Made by a program: the position numbers and the translations under genes | Part shown: positions 29,228-41,232 of the stretch, in pieces | Position numbering within the stretch: position 1 is the stretch's first letter | Layout of the letters: each line of letters begins with the position of its first letter | Source: Wallemia ichthyophaga EXF-994 | Lineage: Eukaryota; Fungi; Basidiomycota | NCBI RefSeq assembly: GCF_000400465.1 | Contig: NW_008806281.1 | Coordinates: 20,001-268,000 of the forward strand | Length of the DNA: 248,000 nt | Reading direction: 5' to 3' | Notes under the pieces: generated by a model | What the model was told of the DNA's origin: nothing | The model's input: the letters and a program-made list of their open reading frames with translations, nothing else | The model's database searches: none

Positions 29228-29300
29228 AGCCCCACGCGGGGCTCGAACCCGCAGCCTTGTGATTAAGAGTCACACGCTCTACCGATTGAGCTAGCAAGGC
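29228..29300 (-). tRNA. tRNA-Lys(CTT)
   Basis: Cloverleaf GCCTTGCTAGCTCAATCGGTAGAGCG TGTGA CTCTTAA TCACA...GGTTCGAGCCC...GGGGCT. Confidence 0.97.
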
Positions 29301-29504
29301 TTGTTGACAGCAAGCTTCTATTAAGTTATATTATTGTATTTATATAGGCTTCTCAAATTTTTTTGATAAATTCACATCGCAAATGCTTTTGTTGTTGTTA
29401 AACAGACTTTCAGTTGTTGAAATATTTGATTTCCGATTACATAATCCCGACTTACTAGTCATAAAATTGACTAAGATGCACAATTAGTTAAGCCAGAGAG
29501 CAAG

Positions 29505-29575
29505 ATCTCTCTCTACGAGTTTGGTATAGATAGGCGAAGATCAACAATCGTTGTACCGCTTTTGACTATACTTTA
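29505..29575 (+). mobile_element. short remnant of LINE family B 3' UTR
   Basis: GTATAGATAGGCGAAGAT...GTTGTACCGCTTTTGACTAT matches 3' UTRs at 111.75k and 177.55k. Confidence 0.55.
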
Positions 29576-29723
29576 CGGTTTCTTAAAATATTAAGAAAAA
29601 GACAATAAGGTGTAACGAGCAATTCCGAAATGTATTTGAATTACAATTAATAAATATATACATAAATTCATTTTATGATGAGCAGAGAAGGTGAGTATTC
29701 TAGCCACGCATCTCGCCAGCTCT

Positions 29724-30882
29724 TTACAATTCAAAGAGAGCGTTAGTATTCATGTGTGCGGCATTAGCGACTATATGCAAAGGTAATTCCTTCGCACAAG
29801 CTATGAGATGAGCGATGAGGGGGAGATAACCAGGTTCGTTGCGACCCTTAACGGGTGCTTCCTCACTCCACTTTTCCTTCTTGAGCGGAGGGTTAAGCTT
29901 GAAGAAGTCGTCAAGAGTATCAATGTGCTCGTGCATAGCGTGAGTAGATGAGACACCGCACCACGGAGCATCAGTTTCGATCATGAGTCTGTCGAGTGGA
30001 ACAGCCTTGGCTACTTGGATACTTTCTTCTGTCTTAAGACTACATCCATTCAGACCAATATATAGACCCATTTTGACCTGAGGTGGGTTGAAGTGTGAGT
30101 AGCGAGTTGCGCGTGTATATCTCAGCTACTCACTAATTCGTGCATCTCTTGAACAGTCCCAGTAAAAGAATGCACACAGCCTCGCGGTAGCTTGATTCCA
30201 CAGGTAGATTTGATGACCTTGACCAAATCACTGTGGCAGTTACGGGAGTGAAGGAACATAGGCATGTCCAGTCTCTGAGCTAGTTGTAGCTGTGCGGTGA
30301 AAGCCTCTATCTGTTTAGGTTTATCGCTACAGCGAGTGCGAGCGCGTGTAAGTGAGACATGAAAGAGGGAGCAAAAAAAAACAACACACGCGAAATGCAA
30401 CCTGTCCCAATCAAGACCACACTCACCCACAGCCACTACCCTCTTCCCTCTGACGGCGCCTCTGTATCGGTTATCGGAGATGAACTGCTCGAGTTGGGTG
30501 ATGTATCCGTCGACGAATTCATTTGAGCGGGTAGGATGTAGACCAGCTGTGGAGAAGTACGCGAAGTCACTGAACTGAGTAGCGAGGTTATGTGCTTCGA
30601 CGCTTTCTTCTAGATTACCGCCGGTGAGCATGGCGCCATCGACACCAACCCTGTGAGCTCTCTCCACCACGGCTTTTAGATCGTCCGGATGAGATTGCTT
30701 GGATCTATAAACACCGCGGAACATGCTGTCCGCGAGATTGAGGCCGATGTCTTGTGTGTCACGGTCGTCAGCAGTGAGATATCACCGACGGGAGCATCAA
30801 ACACACCGATGAACCTCAGTTCCGATAGAGAATCTAATTGTAATTGCCTTATTTGGCGCTTGAGTGCTTCCATCTTGTCCAT
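29724..30882 (-). CDS. TatD family DNase
   Basis: AGLHPT, VAVGECGLD, FLHSR, VHSFTG, MIETDAPW. Confidence 0.92.
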
Positions 30883-30925
30883 TGTGCACTCGAGTTGAGA
30901 GTCAACGACCAAGAGCCCCGAGAAA

Positions 30926-31917
30926 TGTCATGGTTCAAACGATCTGCACAGAATTATATCCCTCAAGCAGGTGAAGACCGTATGCGGAACGAGCTGCTTG
31001 GTGGTGACGGCACGCAAGCGCAAGCGCAAGCACTAGCTGATGAGGAAGACGCTGCAAGTATGCGCCCGCCCTCGTACACAACAGTAGATAAGGGTGGCGA
31101 TGCAGCTGACGACGCAGCGCGTAGTGAGTTGTTCAGCGGCGCACCGCCACGCACAGCCCAGCGCAATCAGGGCGGTGGAATCACCAACTCTGCCCAAGGT
31201 CTCGATGAGGAGCAACACACAGCCAATGAAGATGAGGACGTCGAGGCTATTAAGCAGCAGACTCGATTCGTTAAGGAGGATAGTAGAGAGAGTACGAGGA
31301 ATGCACTACGTATCGCACGCGAGACTGAGGATAATGCTGCTAATACCATGATGAAATTGGGTGACCAATCAGAGCGTGTCGCTGACACTGAACGTCATCT
31401 CGATCTCGCTAAAGCACACGCTAATCGCGCAGAAGATAAGGGGAAAGAACTCAAGAAACTAAACCGGTCCATCTTCAGGCCTGTCATGTCGTGGCAGACG
31501 GATAGGAGGAGACGCGAAGTTCAGCAGCGCATTGAAGATAGACACGAAACTGAGCGTGAGGAGAGGGAAAAAGCACACGTGGATGTCTTTACATCGAGGA
31601 AGAGGGTTGATAACGTATTGGATCCTCAGAAAAGAGGATTCGGTGGTTTTGGAAGGAAAAAGCCTGAGCAGTCGTCGACGGTGGAGAGATCCAAGTACCA
31701 GTTCGAAGCGACAGCGAGTGATGACGAATTGGAAGACGAAATTGATGGAAATCTCAACGATATCAATCAGGCAGTCGGCAATCTCAAGCGATTCGCTATA
31801 GCCTCCGGCGAAGAAGTCGGTACACAGAACGATAGGCTGGACGACATCCACAACAAGGCTGGTAAACTGGATGACAAGATATTCAGAAACACTCAGAAAC
31901 TCAAGAAGATCAATTGA
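30926..31917 (+). CDS. SEC9: t-SNARE, SNAP-25-like
   Basis: Two SNARE heptads; KYQFEATASDDELEDEID. Confidence 0.9.
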
Positions 31918-32013
31918 AATGGCTGTAATTATACGAATTTTCACATGGACAATCATCACAACCAAGAATAAATACCAACAAGGGACATGAAATCAAGGGA
32001 GCAAACTAACAAA

Positions 32014-32483
32014 TTTACTTCTTTGAAACCTTACCAATTTCCTCGACGTTGAGGGCTGCAATGAGTGGTCAGTGAGGGTTATTCCAGACTCGTCAAGGAG
32101 CGATCTTCGTTCGCTATTCAGAGCCGGTGTGATTGTCGTAAAGAGCAACACATAGTCCCCTCTTAGAGTTGAATAGTGCGAAAAGCACATCGCCCTGACA
32201 AGCCGAATATTACTCACTTGGTGGAAGAGATTGCTTGAGCTTCTCCGCCTTCTCGCCGTCAGAGACGACAAGAGTGTAGAGGTAGCGTGAGCAACGGATC
32301 TTGAACTTGGTAAGTTGAGCTGCCTCGCCCTTGCTACCAACGGTGTTGGTCTTCTTGATGCGGGCTGAGCGAGCATCCTTACGACGAGCGATTTCGAGGA
32401 AGTTCTTGATGTCCTTGATCTGTGGCGTGCGCATTAGAATGCTATGTGTACAACGTGTCCTGTCTGCTCACTTCTTGTGGCAT
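32014..32483 (-). CDS. RPL38: 60S ribosomal protein L38
   Basis: [31 protein letters not shown]. Confidence 0.95.
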
Positions 32484-32810
32484 TTTTAAAATTGCTCGTG
32501 GTCGTACACAGGGAAGTCACGGTCGTAAGATTTGAGGGGATGGATTAGATGAATTTTTTGTGCAGGCGGTGAGGCGGCGTGGTGGTGTATATATCTTTAT
32601 GTAATATAAATATATGTTAATATCCTTAAGTGCTTTATTGCTTGATACAGTGCACCGTTCACGATTACAGATGGAAATGGAGGTTGATGAGATGACAGCG
32701 AGATAAACACTGCCAGCTCACCGTCAGCATAAGAATACACCGCCAGTCACTCTGAAATCTCACTTGATTCCCTGCTTCGAATCTCCATTTCTATCTTTAT
32801 CGCCACCACC

Positions 32811-33224
32811 ATGCAGCGCACAATCGCAAGGCTAGCTACTACGAAAGCTACAGTACTACCTCCGCCTACTCTCCCACACTTTCATCAAAAGGTACAGCTA
32901 TCTGATGGCTCGACGATAACAATGTTCACAACGTCGCCGAGATCTGTGATAAAGTCATCCAAGGACACAGGCAACCACGCCGTCTGGAATCCACAGAGCG
33001 TGAAGCTTACCACGGAAGACGAGTCTGGCAGATTGACCAGATTCGCAAAGAGATTCGGTCTCGAGGCAGATGACGGGCCAGAGAAGGGCAGGCTCGAGAG
33101 ACAGATGGCTTTGGGTGGATTCGGCGACCAGGACCTCGAGAATATCGACAGAGAGGCCACAGAGTCTGAAAAGAAGATACAGGCTAAACCAGAACACAAG
33201 CCAGCACCAAAGAAAAAGAAGTAG
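32811..33224 (+). CDS. MRPL36: mitochondrial ribosomal protein bL31m
   Basis: VQLSDGSTI...KDTGNHAVWNP, RFAKRFG. Confidence 0.8.
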   Translation: MQRTIARLATTKATVLPPPTLPHFHQKVQLSDGSTITMFTTSPRSVIKSSKDTGNHAVWNPQSVKLTTEDESGRLTRFAKRFGLEADDGPEKGRLERQMALGGFGDQDLENIDREATESEKKIQAKPEHKPAPKKKK

Positions 33225-33550
33225 TTGCGCAATTAACTTATTAATACACTAGAGATACATGAGATTGCAAAAACAGTTTGAATTTAAATGGACTTGGGTA
33301 ATTTCTCCTTCCACGCAGTCTCCACGACTTCCATTGTGCGGTAGATGAGATAGAGACCGCGAAAGCTGAGGACGTCCTTATCTCCGTCGACATATGCTTT
33401 GTTCTTGACGCAGTCGAGGTACGGGATCGTTGTGGGGAACTTGAACGATTTTGAGCCGTGTGAGCCATCCAAACGTCTCAACATGGCCTGCTGAATGGAG
33501 TTCCACCTGATTTTATAGTGAGTGGGTTAGCTGGATATTCTAAAAGCCAC

Positions 33551-34198
33551 CTACCATTCGACATGTGCAGCTCTATCGTAATCGCCCTCGTGCTTATTTG
33601 ACATCATAAGATCTTGTGCGATGAGAATTCTTCTAGCCTCCATTTGCCTAGTCTGGTGTAACTTGGCAAGACGTCTGTAGTAGTGTGTCGGCATAGAGTC
33701 AGCGTCTGCATCGCTGAGATTCTCTATGTCAGATTCGAGCGTCAGGGTAGATATCTTTACAGCATCACCTTCCCAGCCCAATTTGGCAGCCACAGCGTAT
33801 GCTCTCAATGGCTCACTGAAAGCATGGTAGAGCAGATCAGCGCGCATCATGTTGAGCACCTTATCGCTGTCGAATTTGAGGGCCAAACAAATGACGGATT
33901 TGATATGATCGATGTTTTTAAATTCGATGGATTGATTTGTGATTATCTGCAATAACGGTTTGAGCTCTGTGGAAGACTCATGCATGTGGATAACTCTGTC
34001 ATCGCCGGCGTTAGATGGCTGCGGGAGATCAAACAAGCTGTTCCAAAAGGCTGAGGTGTTTGATAGGAGCTGGTAGTCAAGATTGAAGTGCACGGAATCG
34101 GAAGTAATTAAGCAGCAATTTCTATCGCCAAGATTATGGCTAAAATCGCTGTCGGTGGTCATGGTTAGAGTACAAGAGTATTCGTTTGTGTTTTCCAA
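33551..34198 (-). CDS. fungal BTB/POZ-domain protein
   Basis: LITSDSVHF...SAFWNSLFDLPQP; ALKFD. Confidence 0.7.
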   Translation of the reverse strand: MENTNEYSCTLTMTTDSDFSHNLGDRNCCLITSDSVHFNLDYQLLSNTSAFWNSLFDLPQPSNAGDDRVIHMHESSTELKPLLQIITNQSIEFKNIDHIKSVICLALKFDSDKVLNMMRADLLYHAFSEPLRAYAVAAKLGWEGDAVKISTLTLESDIENLSDADADSMPTHYYRRLAKLHQTRQMEARRILIAQDLMMSNKHEGDYDRAAHVEW

Positions 34199-34595
34199 AT
34201 TAAGTAGTCTGCATTTAGAAGTTTGGATGATCCGGGTGAGTTGTTGGAGTAAAACAGTGGGAAAAGACGGAGAGAGGATCAGTGATTGTGTCTAAGTAGA
34301 CCCACTCAATTCATTACAAGCACGCCTCAAAATACTCCCATCGATTTAGCCGATTTGATGCAAATTTTACGCAGGAAATGCAGGAACAATTAATCAAACG
34401 GAGACTTATAGGGTATTGCCTATGCGATATTAAATCTTATAATTCATACTACTGGTCTATGTCTTTGACTTGTTTTACTAACTCTACGTGTTGCAGCGAG
34501 TGATCTGCAGATATCGGATTAAGGTTCAAATGATCACAAGATAATTTCAATCTGCGTTGCACGAAACAATCATCATCTAAATTTTATTTATTAAA

Positions 34596-35878
34596 ATGCC
34601 AATCCCAGTCGAGAGCCTAACGCACTCCAGCGATGAATATATCCACATCCCGCTATCCTCTCTGAAAAAGGCTACAATTAGATCTTCCAGGTGTGTCTGG
34701 TATCTGGAGATAGCCTTGTATATCTGCTAACACCTCCCAGTGATTTCCGCAGCGATGTCGTTACCGTGCCCACCCCTGAAGTACTCGAAGCTATGGTAAA
34801 CGCTACTTTCCACGATGAAATCTACGAAGGCGATGCGACTATTGCTGCACTTGAATCTAAAATGGCTAAAATGGCTGGAAAGGAGGCTGCAATGTGGGTT
34901 GTATCTGGCACGCAGGTGAGTTGAGTGATTTCCCATATAGTTCCAGCCATCTAACGCAGTTTGATCCAGGCTAATCAAATATCCCTACGTACCCATCTCC
35001 ATCAGCCTCCTCACTCCATCCTCTGCGACCATAGGGCTCACATCTACTGCTGGGAATCTGGCGCAATCTCCGTTCTTTCACAAGCCCAATGTACTCCTGT
35101 TATACCACGCAACAGGCGTCATCTTACAGTACACGACATAGCTCATTCTATGATACCAGATGGGAATATCCACTTTGCACCTACAAAAGTTATATCTCTC
35201 GAAAATACGTTGTCTGGTACAATTCTCCCGCTTGCTGAGGCACAGAGAATTAGGCAATACGCACTCAATCACCCTAACAAACCAAAGATGCACTTAGACG
35301 GCGCCAGGCTGTTCGATGCCGTCGTCGCTGAAGGTGTTAGCCTGACTGATTACTGCGATAACTTTGACAGCGTGAGCTTATGTATACAGAAAGGTACTGG
35401 TGCGCCTGTAGGATCCATGATTGTTGGCGACAAGCCTTTCATCGATAGGGCCAAATGGTACAGGAAAATGTTCGGTGGTGGTGCGAGACAACCGGGTATG
35501 CTGGCTGCTGCAGGGATTGCAGCTCTCGACCAAGCTCTACCACTCATAGCACTCACGCAACACAAGGCAAAATTAGTATCAGAATATCTCACAATGGAAC
35601 TGGGGCTAAAATTATCAGTACCCACCGAAACCAATATGATTGTGTTGGATTTGGAAGAGGCAGGTATCCCGCCGCGCGTTTTTAGACACCGCCTCTTCCA
35701 GTTCGGAGTTAGAGTGTTCGATCAGGGTAGACTCGTGTTCCACAACCAAATATCAGACCAGGGCGTGTCGGCGCTGTGTCAGGGCGTGAAGTCACTCGTG
35801 ATTGATGCCAGAATACCCAATAAGTTGGATCAACTGGATCAGGAGATAGAGTATACTGAATCACTGTCTCAAAACTAA
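34596..35878 (+). CDS. GLY1: low-specificity L-threonine aldolase
   Basis: DFRSDVVT, SGTQANQ, LENTLSG, HLDGARL. Confidence 0.92.
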
Positions 35879-36046
35879 TAGGATAAGCGATTTCTTTGTT
35901 TTTCATAGATTATTAATGTTTAACGATTTTATGTTATGGAGACACATAGTGTATGTGTGCCTTGTTTGTACGTCGTGTATGCTGCTTGTGTCTCGTGCGT
36001 GCCGCGTGTATGCCGTGGCTTCACCTCTTACAATATCACCACCACC

Positions 36047-39000
36047 ATGCTCGATGATTTCGTACAGCACCCGAACGAAGCGAGCGGAGTAAAATCCCAG
36101 AAGATGGTAGATGATAATGGCTGGCAATCAGATCCAAACGTGCAGGCGAGTGCGTCATCTCAGCGTGTTCCCTGGCTAACAGCACAGCAGTTGCTGGAGA
36201 TAGAGCACCAAGCCCCGCAAGAAGCTGGAGATGGAATGTTTGAGCTTACGCAGGTTCAATTCACTCCGCCGTCGCACATTGTTCATCTCACCGTTATCAA
36301 CAACTTGATATACATTCTCCTCGAATCGGCGCAGATACTGCGAATAAATCTGCTGCAGGCGGATGTGATAGACAGCATACAGGTGCAAGTACAGGCTATC
36401 TCTCCCAGTGCACGCATCTACGCAGACGCTTCACTCAGGCACTTGCTCCTGGTAGACACCACCGTGCACTACATCCAACCAGACAACAAACGCTCGAAGC
36501 AGCTCCCCAAGATGTCCAAACTCACGCCCAGCTGTGTTCATTTCGTCAACTCGAGGCAGTCGCTCTCCTCGGCTCTTGTTCTCGCAGGCACAGCCGAAGG
36601 CTCAGTGTATCAGGCAGTGATCAACCCAAATCCCTCAGATATTTTCAGAAAGAATAGCGAAGAGCGCCACCTGAAGCAACTTTTCTCGTTCAATGAACCC
36701 ATCGTCGAAATCAATTCACATGTCTACCCAGACCGCAAGAGTGCTCTCGCGATAGTAGTCACCAGATCGCGACTGTACACGTTCATAGGACCATTCGGTA
36801 AGATAGACAATGATGGTGGTGTTGGCCTCGAGACGGTTTTCTCACAGTCGCCCTTCTCCATAAAGATCACAGACGGTGCAGATGCAGGTGCGCATACACA
36901 TACACTTGAGTCGCATGCATCTTTCTACTACAACACCACCAATCGCAGCCCACACACGCACAGCCCGCGCGCTCTGTCGTGGCTATGCGACAGATCGCTC
37001 TACAACGCGTGGCTGGACACGGAGACGCGTAATGCGGAGAAAGTTTGCGCAGGTGCGACGCTCACAGAGGTAGAGGGCGGAGTGCGAGGGGTGCTTCTCA
37101 CCGCATACCACTGTCTATGTCTGTACAATGGCGCGATCAAGGCATACCGCATTCTCGACGGGGCCGTTGTGTGGGATGAGCAAATACCCAAGGGTATTAG
37201 GGGGATGGCGCGCGACAATTTCCACCACACACTCTGGCTTTACTCTGACGACGCCATTTACGAACTTACCATCACTGATGAAGACCGCGATATCTGGAAA
37301 GTCCATCTGTGTAAACGTGACTTTGAAAAGGCGTTGCGAAGCAGCAAGAGCGCCGTCGATCGTGATGTCATTCTCGGAAAGGAGGCTGATCTTTACTTTG
37401 CTCAAGGCAAGTTTATCCAATCGGCTCAGATTTACGCCCAGTCTACGTCTAAACCATTCGAGAGCGTTGTGCTGCAGTTTGTGGAGGTCGACGAACGCGA
37501 CGCTCTCAGATACTACCTAAGCGCTAGATTGGAACGCAGTAAGAAAACTGAATTGACTCAGCGAATGATGCTCGCTACGTGGTTGCTGGAAATATACCTC
37601 GATAAACTCAATCAGCTCGACGATCTTATTAGCGAAAATACCAACGAGGATGCAGAAAATGCCAGAATGGAATTAGAGATGATGATGGATGATGTCAAGG
37701 TGTTTATCAAAACGTATAAGCAGAATTTGGATAAGAATGTGGTATATAAAAGTCTCAAACTTCACGCTAGACTTGATTTGCTGCTTGAGTTTGCGACGTG
37801 CATCGACGATTACAAAGTCATACTCGAACAACACTCGTATCATTGCAGATGGCGAGATATACTGCATGTGCTGGCAGGACAGGTGGGTATTTATCAGCAC
37901 ATGCATTACCACTAAACAAGTCCACATAAGTCTGATCTCGAGCTTCACTACAAGTACGCACCAAGACTGCTGCGCGAGGCTACGCAGCATACCGTCGAGA
38001 TATGGAAGCGGGAGCCCAGACTAGATTTGAAGCGGCTGATACCATCTCTAATACAATGTGAGAAACTTTCCAAGGAGAGCAGAATGCATGCAACGAAGTA
38101 CATGGAATGGAAACTTGATTATGACAGCGTGGACGAACCTATAGCGTACAACGTGTACATTACACTACTCTCCAAAGACGAAGAAAGGGAAGAAGAGCTA
38201 GTAGAGTATCTCAAACGAACGACGACAGCTAGATTTGATATGGATTTCGCTCTCCGTCTGTTTCATAAACGTGGACTTAAGAGGGCTACAATACAGATGT
38301 ATGCGCTAATGGAGCTGTTCGACAGCAGCGTAGATCTTGCTATCGAGAGCGGAGATCTAGATTTAGCTACGGTGTATGCGGATAAACCGGCAGACGATCC
38401 AATCTTGCGCAAGAAATTATGGCTCAGGATAGCAAAGGTGATAGTGCAGGATCGGAGGGATATAAAGAGGTGTGTGTTTGAGAGTTTATACTATTTAACG
38501 AAACTAAATCACTCAGTGCGATGCAGTTCCTCGAAGGATCAGATGTGCTGCAGTTGGAAGACATACTTCCATTCTTCCCTTCGTTCGAAGTAGTGGATGA
38601 CTTTAAGGAGGAGATATGCAACGCATTGGATAGGTATTCATCGCGAATTGAGCAATTGTCGACGGAGATGGACGAGACAGGACATACATCACAACGCATC
38701 AAGGGTGATATGGATAAACTCAAGGATAGAAAAGTGGTCGTTGCTGCAGATGAGAAGTGCGCCATATCAGGGAAAGCGATAAGAGGGAGTGAATTTTACG
38801 TGTTCCCAACGCAGCGCGTGTATAGGGTGGATGCGCTGATCGAGAAGGTAGCGACATACGCAAAGCCAGAGACGCTACGGAGGATCGTAGAGTTGCAGGC
38901 GGAGATAGAGGGAGTGAAAAACATGCATCAAGCGAAACCAACCAAGGCAGGATTTAGTGGAGAGAGGCTTAGGGAGTTGGTGGTGCCTTCGACAATCAAT

Positions 39001-39159
39001 CAGATATTTAACACGAACAACAAGACATCTAAGAGGAAGGATGTGGTTAAGCTGCGGAAAGAGCTCGATGAGATACTGTCCAAGTCAGATCCGTTGGTGG
39101 AAGAGAGCGTGGTGAACGTAGACAAGCCATTCAGAAGGAATGAAAAGTGGGAGATATGA
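36047..39159 (+). CDS. PEP3: HOPS/CORVET subunit Vps18
   Basis: Pep3 beta-propeller, clathrin-repeat region, DILPFFP, degenerate C-terminal RING (CAIS...FYVFP). Confidence 0.92.
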
Positions 39160-39276
39160 AATGACGAATGAATAGCAAGAAAAAATAAAAATAAAACATT
39201 TTTATAATTTTTGACGTTTACCTGTGAAATATAAGTGTTGTGTTGTTGATCTCGTACCCTAAACGTGAAAGTGAAA

Positions 39277-41142
39277 ATGGATGAAGAATTATTCCCTGTG
39301 GCATTGCTGCTTGATGAATTGAAGTGGGTAGATAATCACTTTAACCAATTAGAAAGCTTAGAGCAATTACAGATCTGACGACGTTACATTGCGCCTAAAT
39401 GCTATTCACAGAATATCAACAATCGCTTTGGCACTTGGCCCAGAAAGAACGCGTGATGAGCTCATTCCTTTCTTGCAAGATTCCCTCGACGACGAAGATG
39501 AGGTTCTCCTCGCTTTAGCCGAGGAATTGGGATCTTTCACTGAGTACGTAGGTGGAAAGGAATACGCGCATGTAACGCTCTCACCGCTGGAGTCATTGGC
39601 TGGTATGGAAGAGACGCTTGTCAGGGATAAGGTGGGTTACTCTGGCGGTTTATACGCCAGCAGCTCACCCACACTCAAAAACAGGCTTCAGAATCCATAA
39701 ACAAAATCGCTACAGATTTGTCTAGCGAGCAGGTGGAGACTGACTACCTCCCACTTCTCCAACGACTTACCAATGGTGACTGGTTCACTCCACGTACCTC
39801 TGCTTGCGCTCTCTTCGCTTCAGTCTACCAAACCGCAAATGAAAGTACGCGCAATGAGCTCCGTGGACTTTTTAAGAAACTCACAAACGACGATACTCCA
39901 ATGGTTAGAAGATCCGCTGCTAAGAATCTTGCTGGTTTCATAAACGTCCTTGAGCCGAATGAAATTTTCTCTGAATTCATCGACGTTTATAAGAAATTAG
40001 CCATTGATGATCAAGACAGCGTTAGATTGCTCACCGTAGAAGCATTGATCACAATCATGAAGAAGCTAGACAAATCTCAAGTTAACTCTGAGCTCTTGCC
40101 TTGTGTTCGAGCTGCATGCAACGACGCTTCTTGGAGAGTTAGATTCATGGTTGGCCAGAAGTTTGTTGAAATGGCTGAATGCGTCAATCAAGATATCATT
40201 CGTGATGAATTGGTACAGGCTTTCGTTAACTTGTTAAAGGATAATGAGGCAGAAGTTAGAACTGCGTCCGCTTCTCAAATACCTGGCGTCGCTAAATTTG
40301 TTGATCAAGAAATAGTTTTGGCAAAGATATTGCCCGTTGTGAGAGATATTGCAGGTGATCAATCACAACATGTTAGAGCAGCCGTTGCGAATGAATTATC
40401 AGGATTAGCACCATTATTGGGTAAAGATGAAACAGTTGAAAACGTTTTACCAATTTTCCTTCAACTTTTGAAAGATGAATTCCCAGATGTTAGATTAAAC
40501 ATCATTTCAAGACTTGATAAGGTGAATGATGTGATTGGTATTGATTACCTTTCAAAGGCATTACTACCCGCAATCTTTGAGTTAGCAGAAGATAAACAAT
40601 GGAGAGTTAGACAAGCAATAATTGAGTATATACCACTTTTAGCAAAACAATTAGGCGTAGAATTCTTCAATGAGCAATTGGGTAACCTTTGCATGTCATG
40701 GTTGGGTGATACAGTATTCTCAATAAGAGATGCAGCGACTATAAACTTAAAAAATTTGACAGAAGTGTTTGGATCAGATTGGGCATCACAAACGGTAGTA
40801 CCAAAGGTGGTAGCAATGGGAAATCACTCCAACTACTTATACAGAATGACGACAGTATTTGCGATAACGACAATGTCACCTGCATTACAACCAAAAGTGA
40901 TTCAAGAGCAAATATTAACGATAATATTATCATTAACGACAGATGCAATTCCAAATGTTCGATTCAACGTTGCAAAATGTTTAGAAGTATTGAGTGGAAA
41001 CCTACAACAAACACCAGAAGGACAAGAAGTAATCCAAAGAGAAATTTTACCTGCGGTGGACAAGCTGAAAGAGGATCCAGATGCAGATGTGAGGTACTTC
41101 TCAAATAAAGCAATTGAGTCAATTACAGGTGTTAAAAACTAA
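39277..41142 (+). CDS. TPD3: PP2A scaffold A subunit
   Basis: HEAT repeats; [21 protein letters not shown]. Confidence 0.97.
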
Positions 41143-41232
41143 TTATAATTGTAATTAACGATTTAACTTTTTTATTTGATTGAGTCATCGAGTCATCATC
41201 TAGTTATTGAGTCTGTCAATACCGTGATCACA

